Shown here piece by piece: positions 32,902-45,630 of a stretch of 64,000 bases of DNA. The notes beneath the pieces are model-generated. The model had not been told where the DNA came from, made no database searches, and was given only the letters and a program-made list of their open reading frames with translations. Position 1 is the stretch's first letter, and each line of letters begins with the position of its first letter. Location of the stretch: the NCBI GenBank assembly GCA_964016885.1, contig OZ024757.1, positions 29,450,001-29,514,000 of the forward strand. The letters are read 5' to 3'. The translations under genes and the position numbers were made by a program. The DNA comes from Eledone cirrhosa. Lineage: Eukaryota.

Positions 32902-33104
32902 AAGAAAGAGAGATTTATTTAATTATGTCTCATATAAAATAATACAACAAATTATCCACGGAACACTATATAGTTAGCACCCCAAACACATAATTGGGAT
33001 TCTACTCAGGTATATCCTAATGTTTGTTGAGTGAGATGGAGTTGGTCAGAGTATCGCTAAAAGCTTTCTCTGTTAATGCATTAAATATATATATATATAT
33101 ATAT

Positions 33105-36100
33105 ATGTAGGAGGTGAGTTTTATTGTAGTACAATAAAGCAATGCAGATATCGGATAAGAAGCACTCTACAGTTTGTAGGACTGGCGTATATATAATATA
33201 TAAGAACAAAAAATGGTTAAAAGAGTTCCATGTATTTTATTATGCGCATTTCAAAAACAAATATCATCATGCAATAATATTTGTGTTTTCATCAGATTGG
33301 TTATGTTGTAATAATCCATGTTGTAGAAGAAGAAAGAAGTAAAAGACCATCAAAAGGTATCCAATATGAGAGTAAGCGCTCAACCGTTAAGGAGCAAGTT
33401 AATGTAGGAGGTGAGTTTTATTGTAGTACAATAAAGCAATGCAGATATCAGATAAGAAGCACTCTACAGTTTGTAGGACTGGAGTATATATAATATATAA
33501 GAACAAAAGATGGTTAAAAGAGTTCCATGTATTTTATTATGCGCATTTCAAAAACAAATATCATCATGCAATAATATTTGTGTTTTCATCAGATTGGTTA
33601 TGTTGTAATAATCCATGTTGTTGAAGAAGGAAGAAGTAAAAGTCCATCAAAAGGTATCCAATATGACAGTAAGCGCTCAACCGTTAAGAAGCAAGTTAAT
33701 GTAGGAGGTGAGTTTTATTGTAGTACAATAAAGCAATGCAGATATCGGATAAGAAGCACTCTACAGTTTGTAGGACTGGAGTATATATAATATATAAGAA
33801 CAAAAGATGGTTAAAAGAGTTCCATGTATTTTATTATGCGCATTTCAAAAACAAATATCATCATGCAATAATATTTGTGTTTTCATCAGATTGGTTATGT
33901 TGTAATAATCCATGTTGTAGAAGAAGAAAGAAGTAAAAGACCATCAAAAGGTATCCAATATGAGAGTAAGCGCTCAACCGTTAAGGAGCAAGTTAATGTA
34001 GGAGGTGAGTTTTATTGTAGTACAATAAAGCAATGCAGATATCGGATAAGAAGCACTCTACAATTTGTAGGACTGGAGTATATATAATATATAAGAACAA
34101 AAGATGGTTAAAAGAGTTCCATGTATTTTATTATGCGCATTTCAAAAACAAATATCATCATGCAATAATATTTGTGTTTTCATCAGATTGGTTATGTTGT
34201 AATAATCCATGTTGTAGAAGAAGAAAGAAGTAAAAGACCATCAAAAGGTATCCAATATGAGAGTAAGCGCTCAACTGTTAAGGAGCAAGTTAATGTAGGA
34301 GGTGAGTTTTATTGTAGTACAATAAAGCAATGCAGATATCGGATAAGAAGCACTCTACAGTTTGTAGGACTGGAGTATATATAATATATAAGAACAAAAG
34401 ATGGTTAAAAGAGTTTCATGTATTTTATTATGCGCATTTCAAAAACAAAATCATCATGCAATAATATTTGTGTTTTCATCAGATTGGTTATGTTGTAATA
34501 ATCCATGTTGTAGAAGAAGAAAGAAGTAAAAGTCCATCAAAAGGTATCCAATATGAGAGTAAGCGCTCAACCGTTAAGGAGCAAGTTAATGGAGGAGGTG
34601 AGTTTTATTGTAGTACAATAAAGCAATGTAGATATCGGATAAGAAGCACTCTACAGTTTGTAGGACTGGAGTATATATAATATATAAGAACAAAAGATGG
34701 TTAAAAGAGTTCCATGTATTTTATTATGCGCATTTCAAAAACAAATATCATCATGCAATAATATTTGTGTTTTCATCAGATAGGTTATGTTGTAATAATC
34801 CATGTTGTAGAAGAAGAAAGAAGTAAAAGACCATCAAAAGGTATCCAACATGAGAGTAAGCGCTCAACCATTAAGGAGCAAGTTAATGTAGGAGGTGAGT
34901 TTTATTGTAGTACAATAAAGCAATGCAGATATCGGATAAGAAGCACTCTACAGTTTGTAGGACTGGAGTATATATAATATATAAGAACAAAAGTTGGTTA
35001 AAAGAGTTCCATGTATTTTATTATGCGCATTTCAAAAACAAATATCATCATGCAATAATATTTGTGTTTTCATCAGATTGGTTATGTTGTAATAATCCAT
35101 GTTGTAGAAGAAGAAAGAAGTAAAAGACCATCAAAAGGTATCCAATATGAGAGTAAGCGCTCAACCATTAAGGAGCAAGTTAATGTAGGAGGTGAGTTTT
35201 ATTGTAGTACGATAAAGCAATGCAGATATCGGATAAGAAGCACTCTACAGTTTGTAGGACTGGAGTATATATAATATATAAGAACAAAAGATGGTTAAAA
35301 GAGTTCCATGTATTTTATTATGCGCATTTCAAAAACAAATATCATCATGCAATAATATTTGTGTTTTCATCAGATTGGTTATGTTGTAATAATCCATGTT
35401 GTAGAAGAAGAAAGAAGTAAAAGACCATCAAAAGGTATCCAATATGAGAGTAAGCGCTCAACCGTTAAGGAGCAAGTTAATGTAGGAGGTGAGTTTTATT
35501 GTAGTACAATAAAGCAATGCAGATATCGGATAAGAAGCACTCTACAATTTGTAGGACTGGAGTATATATAATATATAAGAACAAAAGATGGTTAAAAGAG
35601 TTCCATGTATTTTATTATGCGCATTTCAAAAACAAAATCATCATGCAATAATATTTGTGTTTTCATCAGATTGGTTATGTTGTAATAATCCATGTTGTAG
35701 AAGAAGAAAGAAGTAAAAGTCCATCAAAAGGTATACAATATGAGAGTAAGCGCTCAACCGTTAAGGAGCAAGTTAATGGAGGAGGTGAGTTTTATTGTAG
35801 TACAATAAAGCAATGCAGATATCGGATAAGAAGCACTCTACAGTTTGTAGGACTGGCGTATATATAATATATAAGAACAAAAAATGGTTAAAAGAGTTCC
35901 ATGTATTTTATTATGCGCATTTCAAAAACAAATATCATCATGCAATAATATTTGTGTTTTCATCAGATTGGTTATGTTGTAATAATCCATGTTGTAGAAG
36001 AAGAAAGAAGTAAAAGACCATCAAAAGGTATCCAATATGAGAGTAAGCGCTCAACCGTTAAGGAGCAAGTTAATGTAGGAGGTGAGTTTTATTGTAGTAC

Positions 36101-39100
36101 AATAAAGCAATGCAGATATCAGATAAGAAGCACTCTACAGTTTGTAGGACTGGAGTATATATAATATATAAGAACAAAAGATGGTTAAAAGAGTTCCATG
36201 TATTTTATTATGCGCATTTCAAAAACAAATATCATCATGCAATAATATTTGTGTTTTCATCAGATTGGTTATGTTGTAATAATCCATGTTGTTGAAGAAG
36301 GAAGAAGTAAAAGTCCATCAAAAGGTATCCAATATGACAGTAAGCGCTCAACCGTTAAGAAGCAAGTTAATGTAGGAGGTGAGTTTTATTGTAGTACAAT
36401 AAAGCAATGCAGATATCGGATAAGAAGCACTCTACAGTTTGTAGGACTGGAGTATATATAATATATAAGAACAAAAGATGGTTAAAAGAGTTCCATGTAT
36501 TTTATTATGCGCATTTCAAAAACAAATATCATCATGCAATAATATTTGTGTTTTCATCAGATTGGTTATGTTGTAATAATCCATGTTGTAGAAGAAGAAA
36601 GAAGTAAAAGACCATCAAAAGGTATCCAATATGAGAGTAAGCGCTCAACCGTTAAGGAGCAAGTTAATGTAGGAGGTGAGTTTTATTGTAGTACAATAAA
36701 GCAATGCAGATATCGGATAAGAAGCACTCTACAATTTGTAGGACTGGAGTATATATAATATATAAGAACAAAAGATGGTTAAAAGAGTTCCATGTATTTT
36801 ATTATGCGCATTTCAAAAACAAATATCATCATGCAATAATATTTGTGTTTTCATCAGATTGGTTATGTTGTAATAATCCATGTTGTAGAAGAAGAAAGAA
36901 GTAAAAGACCATCAAAAGGTATCCAATATGAGAGTAAGCGCTCAACTGTTAAGGAGCAAGTTAATGTAGGAGGTGAGTTTTATTGTAGTACAATAAAGCA
37001 ATGCAGATATCGGATAAGAAGCACTCTACAGTTTGTAGGACTGGAGTATATATAATATATAAGAACAAAAGATGGTTAAAAGAGTTCCATGTATTTTATT
37101 ATGCGCATTTCAAAAACAAAATCATCATGCAATAATATTTGTGTTTTCATCAGATTGGTTATGTTGTAATAATCCATGTTGTAGAAGAAGAAAGAAGTAA
37201 AAGTCCATCAAAAGGTATCCAATATGAGAGTAAGCGCTCAACCGTTAAGGAGCAAGTTAATGGAGGAGGTGAGTTTTATTGTAGTACAACAAAGCAATGT
37301 AGATATCGGATAAGAAGCACTCTACAGTTTGTAGGACTGGAGTATATATAATATATAAGAACAAAAGATGGTTAAAAGAGTTCCATGTATTTTATTATGC
37401 GCATTTCAAAAACAAATATCATCATGCAATAATATTTGTGTTTTCATCAGATAGGTTATGTTGTAATAATCCATGTTGTAGAAGAAGAAAGAAGTAAAAG
37501 ACCATCAAAAGGTATCCAACATGAGAGTAAGCGCTCAACCATTAAGGAGCAAGTTAATGTAGGAGGTGAGTTTTATTGTAGTACAATAAAGCAATGCAGA
37601 TATCGGATAAGAAGCACTCTACAGTTTGTAGGACTGGAGTATATATAATATATAAGAACAAAAGTTGGTTAAAAGAGTTCCATGTATTTTATTATGCGCA
37701 TTTCAAAAACAAATATCATCATGCAATAATATTTGTGTTTTCATCAGATTGGTTATGTTGTAATAATCCATGTTGTAGAAGAAGAAAGAAGTAAAAGACC
37801 ATCAAAAGGTATCCAATATGAGAGTAAGCGCTCAACCATTAAGGAGCAAGTTAATGTAGGAGGTGAGTTTTATTGTAGTACGATAAAGCAATGCAGATAT
37901 CGGATAAGAAGCACTCTACAGTTTGTAGGACTGGAGTATATATAATATATAAGAACAAAAGATGGTTAAAAGAGTTCCATGTATTTTATTATGCGCATTT
38001 CAAAAACAAATATCATCATGCAATAATATTTGTGTTTTCATCAGATTGGTTATGTTGTAATAATCCATGTTGTAGAAGAAGAAAGAAGTAAAAGACCATC
38101 AAAAGGTATCCAATATGAGAGTAAGCGCTCAACCGTTAAGGAGCAAGTTAATGTAGGAGGTGAGTTTTATTGTAGTACAATAAAGCAATGCAGATATCGG
38201 ATAAGAAGCACTCTACAATTTGTAGGACTGGAGTATATATAATATATAAGAACAAAAGATGGTTAAAAGAGTTCCATGTATTTTATTATGCGCATTTCAA
38301 AAACAAAATCATCATGCAATAATATTTGTGTTTTCATCAGATTGGTTATGTTGTAATAATCCATGTTGTAGAAGAAGAAAGAAGTAAAAGTCCATCAAAA
38401 GGTATCCAATATGAGAGTAAGCGCTCAACCGTTAAGGAGCAAGTTAATGGAGGAGGTGAGTTTTATTGTAGTACAATAAAGCAATGTAGATATCGGATAA
38501 GAAGCACTCTACAGTTTGTAGGACTGGAGTATATATCATATATAAGAACAAAAGATGGTTAAAAGAGTTCCATGTATTTTATTATGCGCATTTCAAAAAC
38601 AAATATCATCATGCAATAATATTTGTGTTTTCATCAGATAGGTTATGTTGTAATAATCCATGTTGTAGAAGAAGAAAGAAGTAAAAGACCATCAAAAGGT
38701 ATCCAACATGAGAGTAAGCGCTCAACCATTAAGGAGCAAGTTAATGTAGGAGGTGAGTTTTATTGTAGTACAATAAAGCAATGCAGATATCGGATAAGAA
38801 GCACTCTACAGTTTGTAGGACTGGAGTATATATAATATATAAGAACAAAAGATGGTTAAAAGAGTTCCATGTATTTTATTATGCGCATTTCAAAAACAAA
38901 TATTATCATGCAATAATATTTATGTTTTCATCAGATTGGTTATGTTGTAATAATCCATGTTGTAGAAGAAGAAAGAAGTAAAAGACCATCAAAAGGTATC
39001 CAATATGAGAGTAAGCGCTCAACCGTTAAGGAGCAAGTTAATGTAGGAGGTGAGTTTTATTGTAGTACAATAAAGCAATGCAGATATCGGATAAGAAGCA

Positions 39101-40231
39101 CTCTACAATTTGTAGGACTGGAGTATATATAATATATAAGAACAAAAGATGGTTAAAAGAGTTCCATGTATTTTATTATGCGCATTTCAAAAACAAAATC
39201 ATCATGCAATAATATTTGTGTTTTCATCAGATTGGTTATGTTGTAATAATCCATGTTGTAGAAGAAGAAAGAAGTAAAAGTCCATCAAAAGGTATCCAAT
39301 ATGAGAGTAAGCGCTCAACCGTTAAGGAGCAAGTTAATGGAGGAGGTGAGTTTTATTGTAGTACAATAAAGCAATGTAGATATCGGATAAGAAGCACTCT
39401 ACAGTTTGTAGGACTGGAGTATATATCATATATAAGAACAAAAGATGGTTAAAAGAGTTCCATGTATTTTATTATGCGCATTTCAAAAACAAATATCATC
39501 ATGCAATAATATTTGTGTTTTCATCAGATAGGTTATGTTGTAATAATCCATGTTGTAGAAGAAGAAAGAAGTAAAAGACCATCAAAAGGTATCCAACATG
39601 AGAGTAAGCGCTCAACCATTAAGGAGCAAGTTAATGTAGGAGGTGAGTTTTATTGTAGTACAATAAAGCAATGCAGATATCGGATAAGAAGCACTCTACA
39701 GTTTGTAGGACTGGAGTATATATAATATATAAGAACAAAAGATGGTTAAAAGAGTTCCATGTATTTTATTATGCGCATTTCAAAAACAAATATTATCATG
39801 CAATAATATTTATGTTTTCATCAGATTGGTTATGTTGTAATAATCCATGTTGTAGAAGAAGAAAGAAGTAAAAGACCATCAAAAGGTATCCAATATGAGA
39901 GTAAGCGCTCAACCGTTAAGGAGCAAGTTAATGTAGGAGGTGAGTTTTATTGTAGTACAATAAAGCAATGCAGATATCGGATAAGAAGCACTCTACAGTT
40001 TGTAGGACTGGAGTATATATAATATATAAGAACAAAAGATGGTTAAAAGAGTTCCATGTATTTTATTATGCGCATTTCAAAAACAAATATCATCATGCAA
40101 TGATATTTGTGTTTTCATCAGATTGGTTATGTTGTAATAATCCATGTTGTAGAAGAAGAAAGAAGTAAAAGACCATCAAAAGGTATCCAATATGAGAGTA
40201 AGCGCTCAACCGTTAAGGGCAAGTTAATGTA
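33105..40231 (-). repeat. Satellite of 24 near-identical 296/297-bp monomers, each with a hammerhead core on the minus strand (candidate retrozyme array)
   Basis: Period visible in the sequence and the ORF track (33281, 33578, 33875...). Minus strand of each unit reads CUGAUGA + 16-bp hairpin + GAAA-UGCGC-AUA. Confidence 0.95.
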
Positions 40232-40462
40232 CTACAATAAAACTCACCTCCTACATTAACTTGCTCCTTAACGGTTGAGCGCTTACTCTCATATTGGATA
40301 CCTTTTGATGGTCTTTTACTTCTTTCTTCTTCTACAACATGGATTATTACAACATAACCAATCTGATGAAAACACAAATATTATTGCATGATGATATTTG
40401 TTTTTGAAATGCGCATAATAAAATACATGGAACTCTTTTAACCATCTTTTGTTCTTATATAT
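40228..40462 (+). repeat. Inverted partial monomer capping the satellite; HHR core on the + strand at 40363-40417
   Basis: Reverse complement of ~235 bp of the monomer. The junction shares TGTA microhomology and the far end merges into (TA)n. Confidence 0.92.
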
Positions 40463-40983
40463 ATATATATATATATATGGATATATGTTTTTCATGCACG
40501 GGTATGTGTCTGTCTGTGTGCTTTTAAGAGTCCATTCATGGGCACCTCTCTCTCTCGCACTCTCTCTCTCTACCCTAGGTGTGTTCTCCGTAATTCTTTC
40601 CGTGTGAAGAATTACGCAGAACCAAGCAGTTGATTAATTGTTTTAGAGTGACATATGCTGTCCCAACGGGAAAATATATGTCAGCTTGTATACATATATT
40701 TATTAATTTATTCATTTCCAGATTTCAGTGATTAGACTGCGGCAATGTTAGAGCACAGTTTCAAGGAATTTTCAGCACTTCACGTTGATCCCAGTACTGA
40801 TTTTAACTAGCTATTTTTATCGGCCCAACCGCAGTGTCAATGTCACACATAGATACACACGTATATTCATAAGCATTTTCATATACACACACACACACAT
40901 ATATATATATACACATGTATGTATATATATATAGGTATGTATATAGATGTATATATATAGAGATAGAGAGAGAGAGAGAGGGG

Positions 40984-41019
<36 letters not shown>

Positions 41020-41068
41020 TGTGTATATGTATATATATATAGATGTATATATATATATATATATAGAC

Positions 41069-41104
<36 letters not shown>

Positions 41105-41148
41105 GTGTATATATATATAGATGTGTATATAGATCTCTATATATATAG

Positions 41149-41260
<112 letters not shown>

Positions 41261-41381
41261 CATATATATATAGATGTGTCTATATATATATATATATAGA
41301 TAGATTAGATGTGTGTGTATATATGAATATATTAATTCTGGCAATATTATTACACAAATATGACCCTCCCCAAGTATAACA

Positions 41382-41412
<31 letters not shown>

Positions 41413-41466
41413 GAGAGAGATGTATATATATATATATACTATATATATATAGAGAGTGAGAGAGAG

Positions 41467-41582
<116 letters not shown>

Positions 41583-42614
41583 TGTAAATTTTCTTTTTTT
41601 TATTTCCTTACATAATTTTCTTAATTTGTAAAGAATTTTTTTTTTTTTTTTATGCATCCTGTATGTTTGTGTCACATGACATTTAAAATTGAATAGTGAA
41701 CAAAGTCGCTTTCTGTCGTTATTTTCACATAAATTGATGATTGCTATCACAAAACCTATAAAACTTTGCAAGAATAAGAACCAAAGTAAAGAACGAAAGA
41801 GAGAAAGAACGTGAAAGAGAGAGAAAGAGAGAAAGAAAAAAAGAAAGAAAAAAAGAAAGAAAGAAAGGAAGAAAGAAAGAAAGAATGAAAGAATAAAAGA
41901 AAGAAGGAAAGAAAGAAGGAGAGAAAGAACGAAAGAAAAATAACTTCCATAATGCAAGCGTTGAAGATTACAATGAAAGATTAAGTTTGCTTCAGGCAGC
42001 ATGAATATCATTTAAAATGTAACAGCAGCAGCAACAACAACAACCCACCATAAAAAACGATAGTGTGAACAACAATAACCTTGTGGACAACAACAACATT
42101 AACAGCAGCAGCTAGCAGAATAAAAAGGTAACCCCCCCCCTCCCCCCAAAAAATACCAAACAAAAACAGCAGAAAATAATTTTTAAAAAAACGACACAAA
42201 AATGAATTATATTAAAAAATAAAGCAATATCTTATTATTTCATTTGGCAGAATTTATAAAACCATTACGTTATATTTCATGAGTTGATCCCTGGAAAAAT
42301 ATATTTCTATGTAGGTTCCGCTTAGGAAAGTGAATCATAGTAATAGAGAATAGAGAAATAACCATAATGTGTCAAGTATGTTTGTATATTTATTAATATC
42401 GCCGTCTTTAAAATTTGAACTCAAATATTCATACAATGAATTTCCTATCTTAGTAAAGGTTGTTACAAATAAGATGTCTTTCCACTCACCGGTTTCTGTA
42501 CTCTATCATTACATATGTCTCTGTGAAATAAAAATAATTATTATTATTGAAGGTGGCAGATTGACAGCAACAGTAGAGCGCCAACCGTTCATCTCTCTTA
42601 TTAGAAAATAAAGT

Positions 42615-42783
42615 ACCTTATTTCTCGGCGTCGAAGACGCTACCTTTTTCCTAAAATAAGTCTCAAAAATCTACCAAGCGTTCTGGAGACCGAAATTTGT
42701 TTTTTGTTTTTTTTCACATTTTTGGTTGTCAAAATAGAGGTGCGTCCTCGACTACGAAGCGTCTTCGGCGCCGGGAAATACGT
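42615..42783. mobile_element. MITE with ~22-bp terminal inverted repeats (Tc2/pogo-like TIR type)
   Basis: TATTTCTCGGCGTCGAAGACGC ... GCGTCTTCGGCGCCGGGAAATA. Confidence 0.8.
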
Positions 42784-43183
42784 TATTTCAAGTGTGTTTG
42801 TATATTTATATATATCTCCGCCTATAACTCTTTAAAATTTGAACTCAAATATTCATATAATGCATTTCCTATCTCAGTAAAAATTGCTGCAGTTATGTTG
42901 ACTTTCCAAAACGAATTCTCCATTCTGTCCGCCGGGGCTGTGGGGAACCCAACATGTGGGACCCCATTTCTTCAACATAGAGATAGATGGGGAGGCCAAG
43001 AGATATGGAGGCGATGACAGTGAGAGTTCGGCTCTTCCACGTTCGGACGATATCCTTGTGGCTGTGTTCATTATCTATAGAGTTCAGCACTGTCATATAT
43101 TTTGATGATATCACATCCTTTTCTCTACCAGGAACATAATTTAGTTTCTGTAGTCTAAAACTACATATGTCTGTAAATAGTCA

Positions 43184-43561
43184 CCTTATTTCCCGGCGTC
43201 GAAGACTCTACTTTTTATCTAAAATAAGTCTCAAAATATCTACCATGCGTCTTGGAGGCCAAAGGTTGTTTATTATTTTTTTTGCAAATGAAGGGCGGTG
43301 AATTGGCAGTATCGGTAGAGGGTTGGACGCCATGCTTTGACGCATAGAGTTACGGCCCTTGCCATTCTGAGTTCAAATCCCGCCGAGGTTAACTTTGCCT
43401 TTCATCCTTACGGGGTCGATAAAATAAAGTACCAGTAATGTACTGGATAATTGCTGGCCTTGTGCCAAAAGTAGAAACAATTATTTTTTTTGCAAATTTT
43501 TGGTTGTCAAAATTAGGGTGCGTCGTCGAGAACGAAGTGTCTTCGGCGCCGGGAAATACGA
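43184..43561. mobile_element. Second copy of the same MITE, interrupted by a SINE
   Basis: TATTTCCCGGCGTCGAAGAC ... GTCTTCGGCGCCGGGAAATACG; the internal sequence matches 42615-42783 once 43290-43497 is removed. Confidence 0.85.
43293..43484 (+). mobile_element. Full-length Meta-domain tRNA SINE with target-site duplication
   Basis: A-box-like TGGCAGTATCGG, B box GAGTTCAAATCCC (43369), Meta domain; flanked by TTATT(T)nGCAAAT on both sides. Confidence 0.92.
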
Positions 43562-43699
43562 TATTGTTCCAAAGTTACTCATGCAGTTACCTGGTTGTCA
43601 GTTGTACATATATGCTGAACATTTATGTCATTGTATCTAAAAGTCTAATCTAAAGCGTGTCTTAAGCCAGAAGGTTCGTTAGGCCGGGCTTATCGACTG

Positions 43700-43910
43700 A
43701 GTGTACAAGAGAAGTGAAGCGACTGAGTGTACAAGACACTCCCCTTGCATAACACTCCAGTCCATTGCAGGTTCAAACCCCCAAATACTGCTGGTACTCA
43801 TTTTCAACTGAGTATACTGGAGCAACGTGAAATGAAGTGTTTTGGACAAGAACACAACACGCAACCCATCCTAAGAATCGAACTCACGACATTATGATCG
43901 TAGGTGTCAA
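43700..43910 (-). mobile_element. Second tRNA-SINE family (V-domain-like 3' part), diverged
   Basis: Minus strand: B box GAGTTCGATTC, GTGTTGTGTTCTTGTCCAAAACACTTCATTTCACGTTGCTCCAG, AACCTGCAATGGACTGG. Confidence 0.6.
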
Positions 43911-44439
43911 CAAGCTATAATGATGATGACGATGATGATAAAGACATCCGGAAAAAAATGGAAACAACAAAACTGAAGGGAGAAGAACAACGCAAATAAT
44001 AATTATGACAATGATTATGACGGTGGTGATGATGATGAGGTGGTGATGATGATGATGGTAATGGTGACGATGGTGATGATAGCGATGATGATGATGATGA
44101 TGATGATGCTGATGATGATAATAATAATGATAATAATGATGATGGTGATGATGGTGATGATTGATCGATTTCTTATAATAGTTACAGAATATATTGGAAA
44201 CAATACAAGTACAAACAACTCAGAATGAGATTTAGATGGAGAGAAAGAAGAGAGAGAGGAGGGGGAGGGACGTCAGCAAGACAAGAGAAAGCAGTAGGTA
44301 TGAAGATAATAGAAAACACCTTTTCTTTTTAAATATTCATGATAGCAATAGAACACAATAACAAATGTCAACTAGGACCAATTCCCCAATATTGGGAATT
44401 GAATTGCACTTTAGGGCAGCAACAACAACAACAATAAGA

Positions 44440-45115
44440 AAGATTTCTGATTTAGGCACAAGGCCAGCAATTTCAAGCGGAGGGGAAAGTCGATTAAATC
44501 GACACCAGTGCGTCACTGGCACGTAAGGATGAAAGGCAAAGCTAACCTCGGCGGGATTTGAAATCAGCACGTAAAGGGCCATAACACCGTGCTCCGAAGC
44601 AGTGTATCTGATGCTCAATAATAATAATGGTATCTGGTTTAGGCACAAGGCCAACAATTTGGGGAGAGGGGAAAAGTCGATTAAATCGACACCAGTAAAT
44701 TACTGGTACTCTATTTTATGGATGCCCGTAGGGTGAAAGGCAAACCTAACCTCGGCGAGATTTGAACTCAGAACGTAAACGGCCGCAACTCTATGCTGCA
44801 AAACATGGCGTCCGACCCTGTACCGAAATATTAATAATTGTTTCTATTTTCGACACAAGGAATGCAATTTGAAGAGGAGAGGATATCGATTAAATCGACC
44901 CCAGTTCATTATTGGTACTTTATATTATCGACCTCTGAAGAATGAAGGGTAAAATTGGCCTTGGCGTGATTTGAATTCAGAACGTAAAGGGCCGTAACGC
45001 TATGCTGCAAAGCATGGCGTCCGACGCTCTACCAACACTGCCAATCCATTAACCTTATAATTGTTTCTACTTTAAGCACAAGGCGAGTAATTAACCAGTG
45101 TATTACTGGTACTTA
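44440..45115 (-). mobile_element. Head-to-tail cluster of 3 Meta-domain SINEs plus a tail fragment
   Basis: GGCACAAGGCCA...TCGATTAAATCGAC...GATGAAAGGC...GATTTGAA motif set repeated at ~44445, ~44635, ~44840; tail only at ~45060. Confidence 0.85.
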
Positions 45116-45215
45116 TACCATTAACCTTATAATGATAATAATAATCATTTCTTTACTAACCACAAAGGTTTTCCATCAAGAAAAACATTATGACAGTACA
45201 GGACTAAAATAGTAT

Positions 45216-45569
45216 CTGTGTGTTGGTGTGTGCGTGTATGTGGCTGTGTGTTGTTCTATGTGTGTGGGGGTATATGTGTGTGTGTGTGTTGGTGTGTGTT
45301 GGTGTGTATGTTGGTGTGTGTTTGGTGTGTGTTGGTGTGTGTGTGTGTGTGTGTGTGTGTATTGGTGCGTGTGTGTGTGTGTGTGTGTGTGTGTATTGGT
45401 GCGTGTGTGTGTGTGTGTTGCTGTTTGTGCGTGTTGATGTGTGTCTGTGTTGGTGTGTGTTTGTGTGTGTTGGTGTGTGTGTTTGTGTGTGTGTGTTGGT
45501 GTGTGTTGGTGTGTGTGTTTGTGTGTGTGTGTTGGTGTGTGTTGGTGTGTGTGTTTGTGTGTTGGTGTT

Positions 45570-45605
<36 letters not shown>

Positions 45606-45630
45606 GGTGTGTGTGTGTATGTGTGTGTGG
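45216..45630. repeat. Degenerate (GT)n/(GTTG) microsatellite
   Basis: Direct reading. Confidence 0.9.

Noticed and set aside
33105-40231. Repeated 61-78 aa ORFs (MQISDKK..., MCFHQIG...) as a tandem peptide gene family
   Set aside because: They are overlapping frames of a satellite, broken by a recurrent 1-bp deletion and start/stop changes, with no recognisable domain
43293-43390. tRNA genes at SINE heads
   Set aside because: A/B boxes are too far apart, there is no cloverleaf, and each head is followed by the SINE body and tail
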